In this document: piece after piece, positions 43,001 through 54,574 of the stretch | Layout: each line of letters begins with the position of its first letter | Position numbering within the stretch: position 1 is the stretch's first letter | NCBI GenBank assembly: GCA_044892525.1 | Contig: CM097885.1 | Span: 51,834,001 to 51,898,000 of the forward strand | Reading direction: 5' to 3' | Source of the DNA: Schmidtea polychroa | Taxonomy: Eukaryota | DNA: 64,000 nt | Made by a program: the position numbers and the translations under genes | Notes under the pieces: model-generated | What the model was told of the DNA's origin: nothing | The model's database searches: none | The model's input: the letters and a program-made list of their open reading frames with translations, nothing else

Positions 43001-44181
43001 ACTCACCTCACTATAGTCTGAAAAATCCTTGGCTTTTTTAGTGGTAGTCGGATTTTTGTATTGAAAATATCCTGAGACCTTAAATTACCATGCTTTTTTT
43101 GTATAGACCACCTATTTCTCAGGACCAAGGAGACTCACCTCACTATACTCTGAAAAATCCTTGGCTTTTTTAGTGGTAGTCGGATTTTTGTATTGAAAAT
43201 ATCCTGAGACCTTAAATTACCATGCTTTTTAGTGTAGACCACCTATTTCTCAGGACCAAGGAGACTCACCTCACTATAGTCTGAAAAATCCTTGGCTTTT
43301 TTAGTGGTAGTCGGATTTTTGTATTGAAAATATCCTGAGACCTTAAATTACCATGCTTTTTTAGTGTAGACCACCTATTTCTCAGGACCAAGGAGACTCA
43401 CCTCACTATAGCGTGATAAATCCTTGGCTTTTTTATTGATAGTAGGATTTTTGTATAGAAAAAAATTTTTTGTATTGAAAATCCCAGGACCATCGAGACC
43501 CCCTTACTATAGTGTGAAAATTCCATGCTTTTTTAGTGGTAGTCGGATTTTTGTATTGAAAATATCCCGAGACCTTAAATTACCACGTTTTTTAGTGTAG
43601 ACCACCTATTTCTCAGGACCAAGGAGACTCACCTCACTATAGCGTGATAAATCCTTGGCTTTTTTATTGATAGTAGGATTTTTGTATAGAAAAAAATTTT
43701 TTGTATTGAAAATCCCAGGACCATCGAGACCCCCTCACTATAGTCTGAAAATTCCTTGGCTTTTTTAGTGTAGACCAGCTTTTTGTATTGAAAAAAATTT
43801 TTTGTATTGAAAATCCCAGGACCATCGAGACCCCCTCACTATAGTCTGAAAATTCTATGCTTTTTTAGTGGTAGTCGGATTTTTGTATTGAAAAAAAATT
43901 TTTGTATTGAAAATCCCAGGACCATCGAGACCCCCTCACTATAGTCTGAAAATTCCTTGGCTTTTTTATTGATAGTCGGATTTTTGTATTGAAAAAAATT
44001 TTTTGTATTGAAAATCCCAGGACCATCGAGACCCCCTCACTATAGTCTGATAAAAAAAAATTTGGACCAAAAATCCCTGAAAGCAAAAAAATGAGTTGGG
44101 AACAATTGCGTAATAAAAATTTGGGAACAAACCCCCCCCCGGGGGGGGGTAATTGTTCCCGTGGGCTACTATCTACCTACT
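35582..44181 (-). repeat. Right arm of the giant inverted repeat (~8.6 kb)
   Basis: Reverse complement of the left arm, with a few substitutions and repeat-unit number differences. Confidence 0.97.
36152..39588. mobile_element. Mirror copy of the nested TIR element in the right arm
   Basis: Same TIRs at 36152 and ~39564-39588. It lacks one ~177-bp unit. Confidence 0.75.
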
Positions 44182-47109
44182 AATGATTATTATAAATTTG
44201 TCATTACTCATAAAAAATATTTTAATATACTTTGAAAATAAAACTAAAATGTATTTGACAAAGAGATGCTTTAATTTTCTAAAAAATGATTTTTTTCAAC
44301 TATGCTTTTGTTTATTCGAGGTTTGAAATGAATAAATAAAGCAAGTAATTCCCGGAATCACTACAATTAGAATTTTGTTGAAATGTTAAAACCGAATTGA
44401 AAATCATAATATTTAAAAAATAAATGTCAAAAGAATAAATATTTTTTATATAATTTTATTGATATTTGTATTTTTGATGAAAATGATTAATATATTTAAT
44501 AATTAAATAAATAAAAATGTTATTGAATTATTAACATTATTGAAAATCTAATATATAATATTAATGATTTTAAACTTTTAACAGTATTTCAATGAAGCAA
44601 TGAAAATTATTTTATTGCGATGGCAGAATTCATTGACCAAGAAAATATTAGTACAATCCATTTATCATTTTGATTTCTGTAGAAAGTTTTATGTTTTATG
44701 TTTAAAATTGCTTCCATCAATTGTCAGTTTGACATTTAAATATTGGAAGTTATTTTTTCTTTAAAAAAGTCAAATATTAAAACAAAAAATTAAAAAAATA
44801 ACCTGAAAAAACGTAAATTGTGATTTTACGCATGCCAAAAGGTTTTTTATTAAACATTTCATGTCTGCTAAAGATTTTGAGACATTATAAAAATTGTTAC
44901 AATTTTTATTAAAATTATTTCAAAAATTTGAAAATTATAAAAAATATGGTAGCAATATTTATTTTCAATTTGCAATAATTTTTTTATTTAAGTATTATTG
45001 AATTGGAAAAAGTTTAATACTAGTAAAATTTAGGAGAAAATTGAGATTTCGTTATTATCAGGAATTATCAGGAATTTGGAGTATTCATTTAAAGGAAACA
45101 ATTTAAGCTTTTTTATTGAAATTTCTTATTATTAACTAAAAACTATAATTTCAAATTTAATTTCTTCCCCCAAAAATTGGATTTTTTATAAAAAATAATC
45201 ATCATTCAAAAAATTATTCAAATGGTTAACATCGTAAACTCTTTTAAAGTTTTGGATCGTTAAACAGAGGAAGAATTTCCATCAAGTATTTTGTTATATC
45301 GTGTTTGATATAGAAATATTTATTTAAAAATTAAATTTGTTTATACTTTGTTATACTTTACATTCAATAAAATCATTCTTTTGTTCCCCTTCAATCTGCT
45401 TTCCATATATCTTTATTTCGATCATAGATCAATATTTTTCTAATTAACACACATTTTTGGCACTGTTTATCAAGGCTAAATAGTGAAAAATGATAAAATT
45501 GAGTTCTGAAACTTTTTGTGAAATTATCAAAAACATTGATTTGTAATCGAAATTAAGATAAATTAAATTTTAAAAGTGTTGGAGTTTTTCGGAAATTAAA
45601 TATTACCAATTATTGATCTAACCCCAAGCGTGTCTTGAAATATTAACAACAATGCAATTTTATTTTATTTTTTTTCCTTTTTATTTTTCAGACTTTTTCA
45701 GTGGTCTATTCGTTATATTATTATATTATTATATACGATCATAAATATTAATGCCAAAATGAATTTTGTTTTATCGTAATTAAATTATATTTCATTTAAA
45801 ATTAATGAATTATTTAAACCAATTTCTTAAATAAAGTCAAAAAATACTAATACAATTTGAATTAATAATTGCAAATGAAGTGCCGGAAGAAATTCTGTAT
45901 TAATATTTAATTTCAACAATTGTTTCTGTTAGAATTTTACAGACAATGAGTTGCTCAAGAATCATTTAAAAAATGACATTAAAATTAAATTGTCAAGTGG
46001 ATTTAAAATGTAAAAAAGCAAAATTCTAATTTTTATTTTTATTAACGTTAATTTACGTTTTTTATTATTTAAGTGTTTTTGTGGATTTTATTGTACTCAT
46101 AATTTAGGCTGAAATAATGACAATTTTGGAATTTTTTTTTCACTGGAAATAGATAAAATTTCGAAACCAAGGACAAATTCAAATCTAAGGTCTTTTAAAG
46201 ATTTTTTTTAAATTAATATAAAAAATTCAAGTTCAATTTAAATTTAAAATTTAAAAATTGTTTCACACAAAGAAATTTTTTAAGAAACATAAACATTATC
46301 CCAAATAATAAATATACAACGTTAAATTATTAAAATACATTCAGAATCACTGTAGACGAACACTTTGAATATTAATTAAAGGATTAAAGATCTAATCAAA
46401 TTAAAGATCTATCTTGAATTTTCCATGTGAATTTTATTCAGGATTAGATAATATTTAGGATTGTTTCAACGTCTTACAAGGTTGGTATGTTGGTAGTAGA
46501 TACAAGTGTGCTGCATGACTCATCGTTAAAAAAAGGAATATGTCTCATCGATGACTCATAACAAAGAACATGACTTATACCCGCCCCATGAGTCATAAAT
46601 GACGTCATCAATGACTCATCAGTGATGACTCCTTTCAAATTTAAATTTTAAAAGAGTCAAAAGATAACAACCTTTATGGGTATCATTCGAAAGGTATCTT
46701 GGCAAGTTCACTAATAAATTTCCATTTCTAGTTATTCAACATTTGTATCAATTTTCATGCAATGGATGTAATTTCACATGACATTGGAGAGAATGCCCGT
46801 CATCTCTGTACTCAAGTTCTTGAGCATTGCCGACGAAATGGACTGACACACATTAGTGATTATTTTAGTACCAGTAAAAAAATAAGTATTTCTAATTTTA
46901 AAATTTTGGCGAAAAATTTGAGCAATTACTCGGAACAATTTTGAATGTATTTATATAATTTAATGTTTTATATTTATTATTTTGGATAATGTTAATGTTT
47001 GTTAAAAAATTACTTTGTATGAAAAATTTTATATTTAAATTTAACTTTTTTTTATATTAATTAATTAAAAAAGACTTGCATGAGAATAATTACAATTTTG
47101 TGCATTTTT

Positions 47110-48006
47110 TTAAAAAATATGATAATTCGTAGTTCTTTTAAGCGAAAGGCCATTTCTCGCCATAAAACTCGAGATCCAATTGCCTGTAACTTTTAAAACA
47201 ATATTATTCTTCTCATCCAAGGAAAAAGCACGATCAGATAAAAAGGTTCTAGTAATCTTTATTTTCATTATTTACAGCTCAATTATTTCATTAACCAAAA
47301 TCTCCTGAGAAATCCAAGCGATGTCTTTCTACCACCGCCAACTATTCTCATCGTCGAATTTCTTTTAAGACAATGTTTTTTATTAATAATTAATCATTTA
47401 TTTACATTGAGTCATCAGTGTGTATAATAAAACCTTCACGAATAACTTCTGCTATTATTGGTGTTAACACCCTTTTAGATCGATTTTCGATTATTTTAAC
47501 AAAGCCTCGGCTAAAAGATGTGGATATATTTTTCTCTTTCGGCCCTCTTCTCTGATGCCTTTAAACTATGAAATTCGGCATAACCTCGTCGCACTGAACT
47601 ATTGTGCCAGGACCACCTAGTCTTATGGGGAATCGAGCATAATATTCCTCGATTTTAGATATAAAAGCTTTCGAATCTTTGATATTGTATGTCTGGATAC
47701 ATTCACAAGCTTTGAAATTTCCCTTTGGTTTAGACCTTGTGACCAATAGCAGAGGATTATCAAAAATTGTTTTGCTGGAATGGCGATATCTGCAAAAGAA
47801 CTGTGCTTCTTCAAGCTGAAAGTTGTTTGGTATTTTAGACACCTATAATTAAGGCATCTCCATCCAATCCCCAATCATTTGTTTTCACTTTTTTTAAGAG
47901 ACATGGATACCTAACACGTATCACAATCAACTCGATCCTTAACAATATTGTTGTTGAAGAACCACGAAACCAACTGTTCTTCATTCATAACAGTTATTCT
48001 TTCCAT
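47110..48006 (-). pseudogene. Merlin / IS1016-like (ISXO2-type DDE) transposase remnant
   Basis: CxxC...WRC zinc-ribbon N-terminus, KKHSSFAD...IILCYWSQG, IRLGGPGTIVQCDE and NRSKRVLTPII.EVIREGFIIHTD. Frameshifted. Confidence 0.85.
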
Positions 48007-48241
48007 TTCAAAGTTAATAGCTAATTTATTAAAAAATCAATTAAATCGATCATGTAAAATAAATGACCCACCCGGTCATGCTTTTACATGATCCAAAGTA
48101 TTTTGTCTTAGTTATGTGATTTATTATACAATAAAAGCATATAAAATATTTAAATTTTTTTTATTTTGATATTACTTTTTAATTAATAAATCAGAAGTAA
48201 TTAATAATTTTTATTTCATAAATAAAGCACTATATTATAAA

Positions 48242-48465
48242 CAGTGGCGGAATTTGCCCCCCCCCGCAATGTAAAATATTTCCACTTAAATTTTTGGTTT
48301 AAAGTTTAATACATAGTTATTCACAGTAGCCGCTATTCAATGATAGTTTTATGTTTTTAGGCAAATATAACTGCGGGAAAAAGTTTCAGAAAATGATTGT
48401 AAATATTTTTTTAGTAATAATTTTGGGCCCCCCGCAGGGTTCTGCGTCCACTAGTTACGCCACTG
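48242..48465. mobile_element. hAT MITE, 224 bp
   Basis: TIRs CAGTGGCG / CGCCACTG, TSD ATTATAAA / ATTATATA (7/8), and GCCCCCCGCA subterminal motifs. Confidence 0.8.
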
Positions 48466-49114
48466 ATTATATATCCTGTATATTATATTATTATACATCT
48501 CATTGTGCTTTATATTTGAAATAATAAATAACTATTTAATACTGATTTATTAATTAGTAAATAATAAAAGTAATAAAAAAATAATTTACACAAAAGCAAT
48601 TTAATAGGCTTTAATGGTCAAATTTCAATTGTACTTATTTTTCTAAAAATATTCTACAACTTTCCCTAAATTTCTTGTAAAGAAACTAATGAATTTTAAT
48701 TATTAGGAATTGTTTAATATTTCTATAAATTTTCATTTATTTTATGCGTTCCTTTTTCTATTTAGAATTTTCTTGAGAAATTTTAAATGAAATTGTTTTA
48801 ATGTTCTAAAATTTAATTAATATTGTTATTTATTACATATTTATTTGTTTTTATTTTATAAAAAATTTAATCTATGAGTTAAATTTATTACAATATCAAC
48901 AAAAAGGTGTTTTATATAAAATTTCTATTTATTTTATTGTTGAAAACATCCCACTGTATGTATTTCAGTTTATTCTTGTACAAGTTTATTGTCTCCTTAT
49001 TTGCAATTTGATTATGGCTCGTGTTATGAATATATTAAACTGGGGAGTCACTAAGACTTTCTACAAGAAAATGAAAAGGTTGCGCGACACCAATGAAGCC
49101 ATTGAAAATCAAAC

Positions 49115-49959
49115 GGAATTTCGATATGTTACACAGCGTCATGGGACAATCAGTTATAGGGTCATAATTAATCTCATTCAAGAAACTGGTATATTTGCTC
49201 ACTCTATTTCAATGATTTCTAATCTGATCATGTTTTAATACAGCAAGTACACTATATATAAAGCACATATTGTCTGTATTCTTAATGTTCACTATTGCAG
49301 TTTTATTATACAACGATGTTGGTGTTGATATATGAATGACCGGATAAGCGATTAATTGGATAATATTTTGTCAAGATAAACCCAATTTCTTTAATTTTAT
49401 TTATTCGCCACCCACTACCGAGAAATGTAAATTTATCTTTTTTCTCGTTTAATTTTTGTGACCCTTTAATCAAAAAATCATCCGAGAAAACCTGTGCTGT
49501 ATTTGAAAAATAGTTGTCCCTAATTTCTTCATATTTCTCAAATTGTATAAAAACTGTAAATTGTATTTTTACCGACCCCATCTTGCTTATTTCTAATACT
49601 AGATGGTCCCTAATTTTATCTGTTAAAGATGTTTGAATCAATTGATGTTTAGAAACATCAATTCGTAGATTTATTCGAGCACCTTGAAACTCGATAGTTA
49701 TAATATGATCATCATCTACATGTAAAGACCCTCCTACTTGATTAATAGGAATACGATGGGAATCAGCAACATCAGCTTCATCGTCACTTATAAATATAAT
49801 TTCTTTTTTAATACTTGTAGTGGCTACAACATCATTTTTATTTGCTGTGGGCCCTTTATTGTTACTATTATGAATTATATTAAGAGTTTGCCTATTAAAG
49901 ATTTCTCTAAACATTTCCTTCTTATTTGATGAAAACTGATTTAAATGTGTAGAGAGCAA
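49115..49959 (-). pseudogene. Polinton/Maverick protein-primed DNA polymerase B, N-terminal fragment
   Basis: VKIQFTV...FTFLGSGWRINKI...YYPINRLSGHSYI continues after a frameshift as PTSLYNKTAIVNIKNTDNMCFIYSVLA...NRVSKY...CPMTL. This is the GSGW / N.KN.D..CF signature upstream of Polinton pPolB. Confidence 0.75.
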
Positions 49960-50059
49960 TAAGTCATCGCGTGGCGAGTAATCTGATGAGACTTTTTTGC
50001 TAATTGAAAACTTTTACCAATACCTCGCTTTTATTTAATCTACATACAGATTAAATTTA

Positions 50060-51016
50060 AGCAATTTTTATTTTTCTTGACATTGACATGGAAGCTCTTG
50101 TAGTAAAGATTTACAAACATTTCAGTTTATATACGGTTCGAACAAAAACCTTTAAGACTTTCTGTGAAGCAATGGATGAAAGTTACAAGCCTCTACAAAA
50201 ACATTCATCAACTAGATTTCTGACATTAGAGCCGGCTATTAATCGATTGATAGAGATTTATGATCCTTTGAAGCAAACACTTTTTGTCATTAAAAAATGC
50301 TTTCCAACAGTTTTACGATTCTTCGAGAATTCAACTGGAAAATTCTGGATTTTGTTCGTTGTAAATCAGCTGAAAAATGTTAACTCTACGATTAAAAACT
50401 TTGAATTTACGCGGACCACATCTTTCGAAACTGCTAATGAAATGACAAGATTAAAGGGAAAGATGCAGAATTGAAAGGATTTCTCTTTTATGCCTCGAGG
50501 CAATAATTGACTATATCGAATTGTGGGAATCGTCGTTTGATGGATCATGACAAAAATCCCAGAATGGAATAAAGTTAATGAGTCGTTTGAATACGTTGCT
50601 GACAAGTATGTAGATAAAATATAAATCCATCATCGATAGATACATTCTTTTTGATGAATATGTTCTCATGAAGTCATTTATAAGTTGTCATCGTATACAG
50701 ATGAAGAATTTACTTTTGAGAAAATATGGATTAATGTTTTTCCCACTTTCGAGAAAGAATTTTTTCTTTCATTAATCGAGCGTGGGAGAAAGAGAAAAAC
50801 AGATTTGATGTTGAAACTAAAAGCGCTTTACTCACTATCCAACACAGCTCAGAGGTAAATTTCACTCAATTCTATGCAGGGATAAAAGGAAATGTTGAAT
50901 TCTGGGAAAAAATAATGTCTTCTGATAAATACGTCAAATAAAGTTGTTATTCATAAGCATTTATTAATTATTTTCATTTTGTCCCGTATAATTTTGAAAA
51001 TCGTCTGGTCACGCAA
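50060..51016 (+). pseudogene. hAT (Blackjack-like) transposase 3' remnant with right TIR
   Basis: VVKIYKHFSLYTVR...KHSSTRFLTLEPAINRLIEIYDPLK, later ERIFS..W..EKNR, and TIR-like TCTGGTCACGCAA at ~51004-51016. Confidence 0.8.
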
Positions 51017-51731
51017 TAAATGACACATTCAAACAGGCTCCCATCTATAAATTTCTTGTAGACTAGTCTGAAATGAAAGTCTAACATTGCGATAATTTTT
51101 AAAATATTGTATGTCAAGAAAAATAATAGGAAAAGTCAATTCTTGAAAAGCTGCTCGTGACGCCATGTTAAATCTTGTAAAATATGACTAGATTGAAGAA
51201 AAATAATAACAAATAACAATTAAATAATTTATTAAATTAAATTATCCTTTCTACATTAATGTTAAAACAAATTCGTCATAGAGATAGAATTTACATAAAT
51301 TTGATATGTTACATCCCACTCTGTGATGATTAGTATATCTTGGGTTTTCATTTCTCAATTCTTTGACGGGATATATTCTAATCATTTCATCCTTTCTCGC
51401 GATTATTTCCTTAACTTTTCTCTTAGAAACCTTCTTTACCCGCCATAGAAACAATGCTTGTACTTACTGTTATGCTTATCTTTTCGTCACCGCTGCTGCT
51501 TTTCAGTAACTTTATTTGATTAAAGTTTCTCCAAATAGATCTTTATTGCATACTATACAGTAGATACTTCTATTTATTTTTAATTTCCTTTAAAACAAAC
51601 GGTTCATTAACTTTGTCAAATGCTCTGTAATTTTCATTTTTAACCATTATCTTATCACATATTTTTAATTCTGAATTCCATCTATTTCATATATTTCATC
51701 TCGTACTCTTTCTTTTTATTCGTTTTGCTAT

Positions 51732-53367
51732 TGTTTAACCTGCGGTCAGCCAACAGATTTTTTGTGGCCCGTGAGCGTTTTTCGATAAATGTCTGATTTG
51801 CTTATAAATGTACATATTATAAATTTGTTTAAACTGAGTGATGAAAGCTAGGAAATTAATTATAAAAAATCATACGCTTCAGATATTATAAATAAAAAAA
51901 TTATTTTAAATATTATAAAATGGCTATGTTGAAAGGAAAACGAAAAATTGAAGAAGAACATTGAATGTTCAATGAAAGTTGGACCAAAAATTACTTCTTT
52001 ATTTTATATTAAAAAACAAACTTGTCTGATCTGTCATGAAACTGTCGGTTTCATGAAAGAATATAACATTAGGCGTCATTATACACAAAGACATGCTGAA
52101 AATTATGATCAATTTACAGATCTAATAAGAAATGATAAAATCATTAAATTGAAAACATCGTTGTCGCCCCAGTAAAACTTTTCCACAAGAGTTTCGAATG
52201 AGGGAGATACAGTCAGCAAAGCCAACTATGTTATTTCCAATATTTTAGCCAGACACTTAAAATGTTTTTTCAGATGGCAATGTTGTAAAAGAGTGCATCG
52301 AAAAGGCCGTTGGAATAATTTGTCCTGAAAAGAAAAATTTGTTCAGTAACATAAGTTTGTCAAGATTTACTGTCGCAAGCAGAATTGATGAATTGGCGCA
52401 AAATATCGAAACATAATTGATCGACCAGATAGAGCGTTTTCAATACTATTCCATATGTCTTGACGAATCAACTGATATATCCGATACTGATCAATTATCA
52501 ATTTGTGTCCGTGGTGTTGACAAGGAGTTAAATGTGACAGAGGAACTACTTGATCTGGTTTCTATGAAAGGAACAACAACAGCTGAAGCTATTTTCACTG
52601 AGCTGAAAAATTCCTTGGATAAGAATCACCTTCTACTTTCCAAATTAATTGGAATATCCACCGATGGCGCACCAGCAATGCGAGAAGCTCGATCTGGTCT
52701 TACAACCCTTATATTGTAAAGTTTAGATGTCGATCATCGAAATTAGGATTTTGTATGCCATTGTGTACTGCATGTCGAGAATTTATGTGCAAAACAAATT
52801 AATATGAAACCTGTTATAGATATTGTTGTGTCAACAGTTAATTTTATTAGATCAAAGGTACTCAACCATCGCCAATTCAAACAGCTGTTGATCGATATTG
52901 ATGCTGAATATAGTGATGTTATTTACCATAGTGAGGTTCGCTGGCTCAGTAAAAGTAAGCTATTGCTTCGATTTTACAATCTTATTCCAGAGATTCGGTT
53001 GTTCGTGGAAATGAAAGGAAGTTATCAAAAACAAAATCAAAAAGTTCCCTTACTGATAAACATTTGAGAAATTCACTGCACTTAGCGCTTAGCGGTATAA
53101 ATCCTTCAAAAAGCAATGTAATGCAAAATAAGCAATTTCAAAAATCGCATTAATTTTAATTTAACAAAGTATTAATTTGATTTTTGTGTTGATAAATCGG
53201 TTTATGACGTTTATCAATCTTATTGATATTTTAATATTTAAAATAAATTTAAAAATTGGTTTCAAAAATTATGTATGTATTTTTTAAATATTAATATATG
53301 TGCGGCCCGCGGAAGATTCAACATTATTTTTTATGGCCCGAAGTCCCAAAAAGGTTAAACAGGCTTG
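51732..53367 (+). mobile_element. hAT Charlie/SPIN-type element, internally deleted
   Basis: Right TIR AGGTTAAACAGGCTTG, partial left TIR TGTTTAACCT, and GGCCCG subterminal motifs at both ends. Confidence 0.75.
51920..53153 (+). pseudogene. GTF2IRD2/SPIN-like hAT transposase pseudogene
   Basis: CLICHETV..MKEYNIRRHY, YSICLDESTDISDTDQL, GISTDGAPAM, CHCVLHVE.LCAK, NHRQF and YHSEVRWLSK. Contains stops and frameshifts and lacks most of the C-terminal half. Confidence 0.9.
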
Positions 53368-53489
53368 TACTAAAACAATTATATATTTGAAATAATTTTT
53401 GAAAATGTAAAATTTAAAATTCTTATTAATAGTATAATAAAATACAATAAAAATTTAAATCACTTAAAAGTTAAAATTAATAATTTTTT

Positions 53490-53548
53490 ATAAGTTGCAA
53501 AAGGTGCCGGTACGCCGTACCGGCGCGTACCGTCACAAAAAAGCACTA
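53490..53548. mobile_element. Orphan right end of a hAT-type MITE
   Basis: GC-rich palindromic GTGCCGGTACGCCGTACCGGCGCGTACC followed by ACAAAAAAGCACTA. Confidence 0.5.
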
Positions 53549-53549
53549 T

Positions 53550-54574
53550 GTATTCTTGAGATTTCTTTGTAATTGTTTCAAGTATTTCATATGTCTCTTA
53601 TGTATACACTTTAAAAGTACTAAAGGTAATCTAAGTTACCGGTCAAAAACTAATTTGAATGGTGAGAAATTTGTGGTACTCGATTTTGAACATCTTATTC
53701 CGAATTCAACCATAGGAAGTAAAGCACTCCATTCATTTGATTTTTTTCTCTTCCATAACTGCATTTAGCATTATTTTTGCTGCTCTAAATAATCTTTCAA
53801 TTAAACCATCGGTTTGTGGATAATATGGAGAGGTAGAAGTTTATTGTATTCCCATCATATTACAGAATTCTGAAAAAAAATCTTGAATTAAAATTTCAGG
53901 CACACAAAATTCTCAGATCCACTGAGTGAATAATTCCTTTGCAACGATTTCTGCTTCCATTGTCCTTATTGGAATCAGGCTTACATACTTCTAAAAATAA
54001 TTTATAATCCCCAATATATACTTAAAACCTTTTTTGTCGACATTGAATGGTCTTGTTATATCTATGCCAATTATCTGAAACGGCTCAGTAGCTGTTATAT
54101 TCTAAAAAAGTGTTTTAATTCGGCCATTTAAATACTTGTGATGCTGGCATTCCTTACCTGGCTAAATCATTGTATTACTACTGTATTACTCATGTTTTGC
54201 CAGTAATATTGTTGTCTCAGTACCACTAACGTTTCTTCAATGTCAATATGTTCCATGAACCTATGAAATTCTCGTCCAATATATTCTCTTTTGTTGCTCG
54301 GTATTATTAATTTATTAATTTCATTTTTTTACTTAAATAGCAATCTACTTGTAAATCATTTTCTAATTTCTAAATTACCTTTTGTTTATTATCTTTTGTT
54401 TTTTCTCTTTTTAAATGTCTATTATGTATTTCATGTGAGGGTCTTGTTGTTGTTCCTAATCTCCTATAATATCGACATTTTGACATAATATTCGTTCTGG
54501 ATCCTGATAATCGATTGTCGAAATCCTTTCTGAATCGCATTCATACACTTTTGTATTTCTTCTCTTCTTAGGTT
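53550..54574 (-). pseudogene. Ty3/Gypsy integrase remnant
   Basis: ITATEPFQIIGIDI..., YILGIINYF*KYV.LIPI...EAEIVAK.LF..W and TSPYYPQTDGLIERL. Contiguous with 58023-58890 once the hAT insertion is removed. Confidence 0.85.

Larger units (their letters stand above)
26179..44181. mobile_element. 18-kb palindromic non-autonomous Polinton/Maverick-like element
   Basis: Ends are AGTAGGTAGATAGTAGCCCACGGG... and ...CCCGTGGGCTACTATCTACCTACT, with a 6-bp TSD AATGAT at 26173-26178 and 44182-44187. The two arms are reverse complements. No credible ORF. Confidence 0.85.

Noticed and set aside
26179..44181. Palindrome as a pure sequencing fold-back artefact
   Set aside because: It has unique flanks with a 6-bp TSD exactly at the symmetry limits, a 0.9-kb asymmetric spacer, and unit-number differences between arms. 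Read-level confirmation is still needed.
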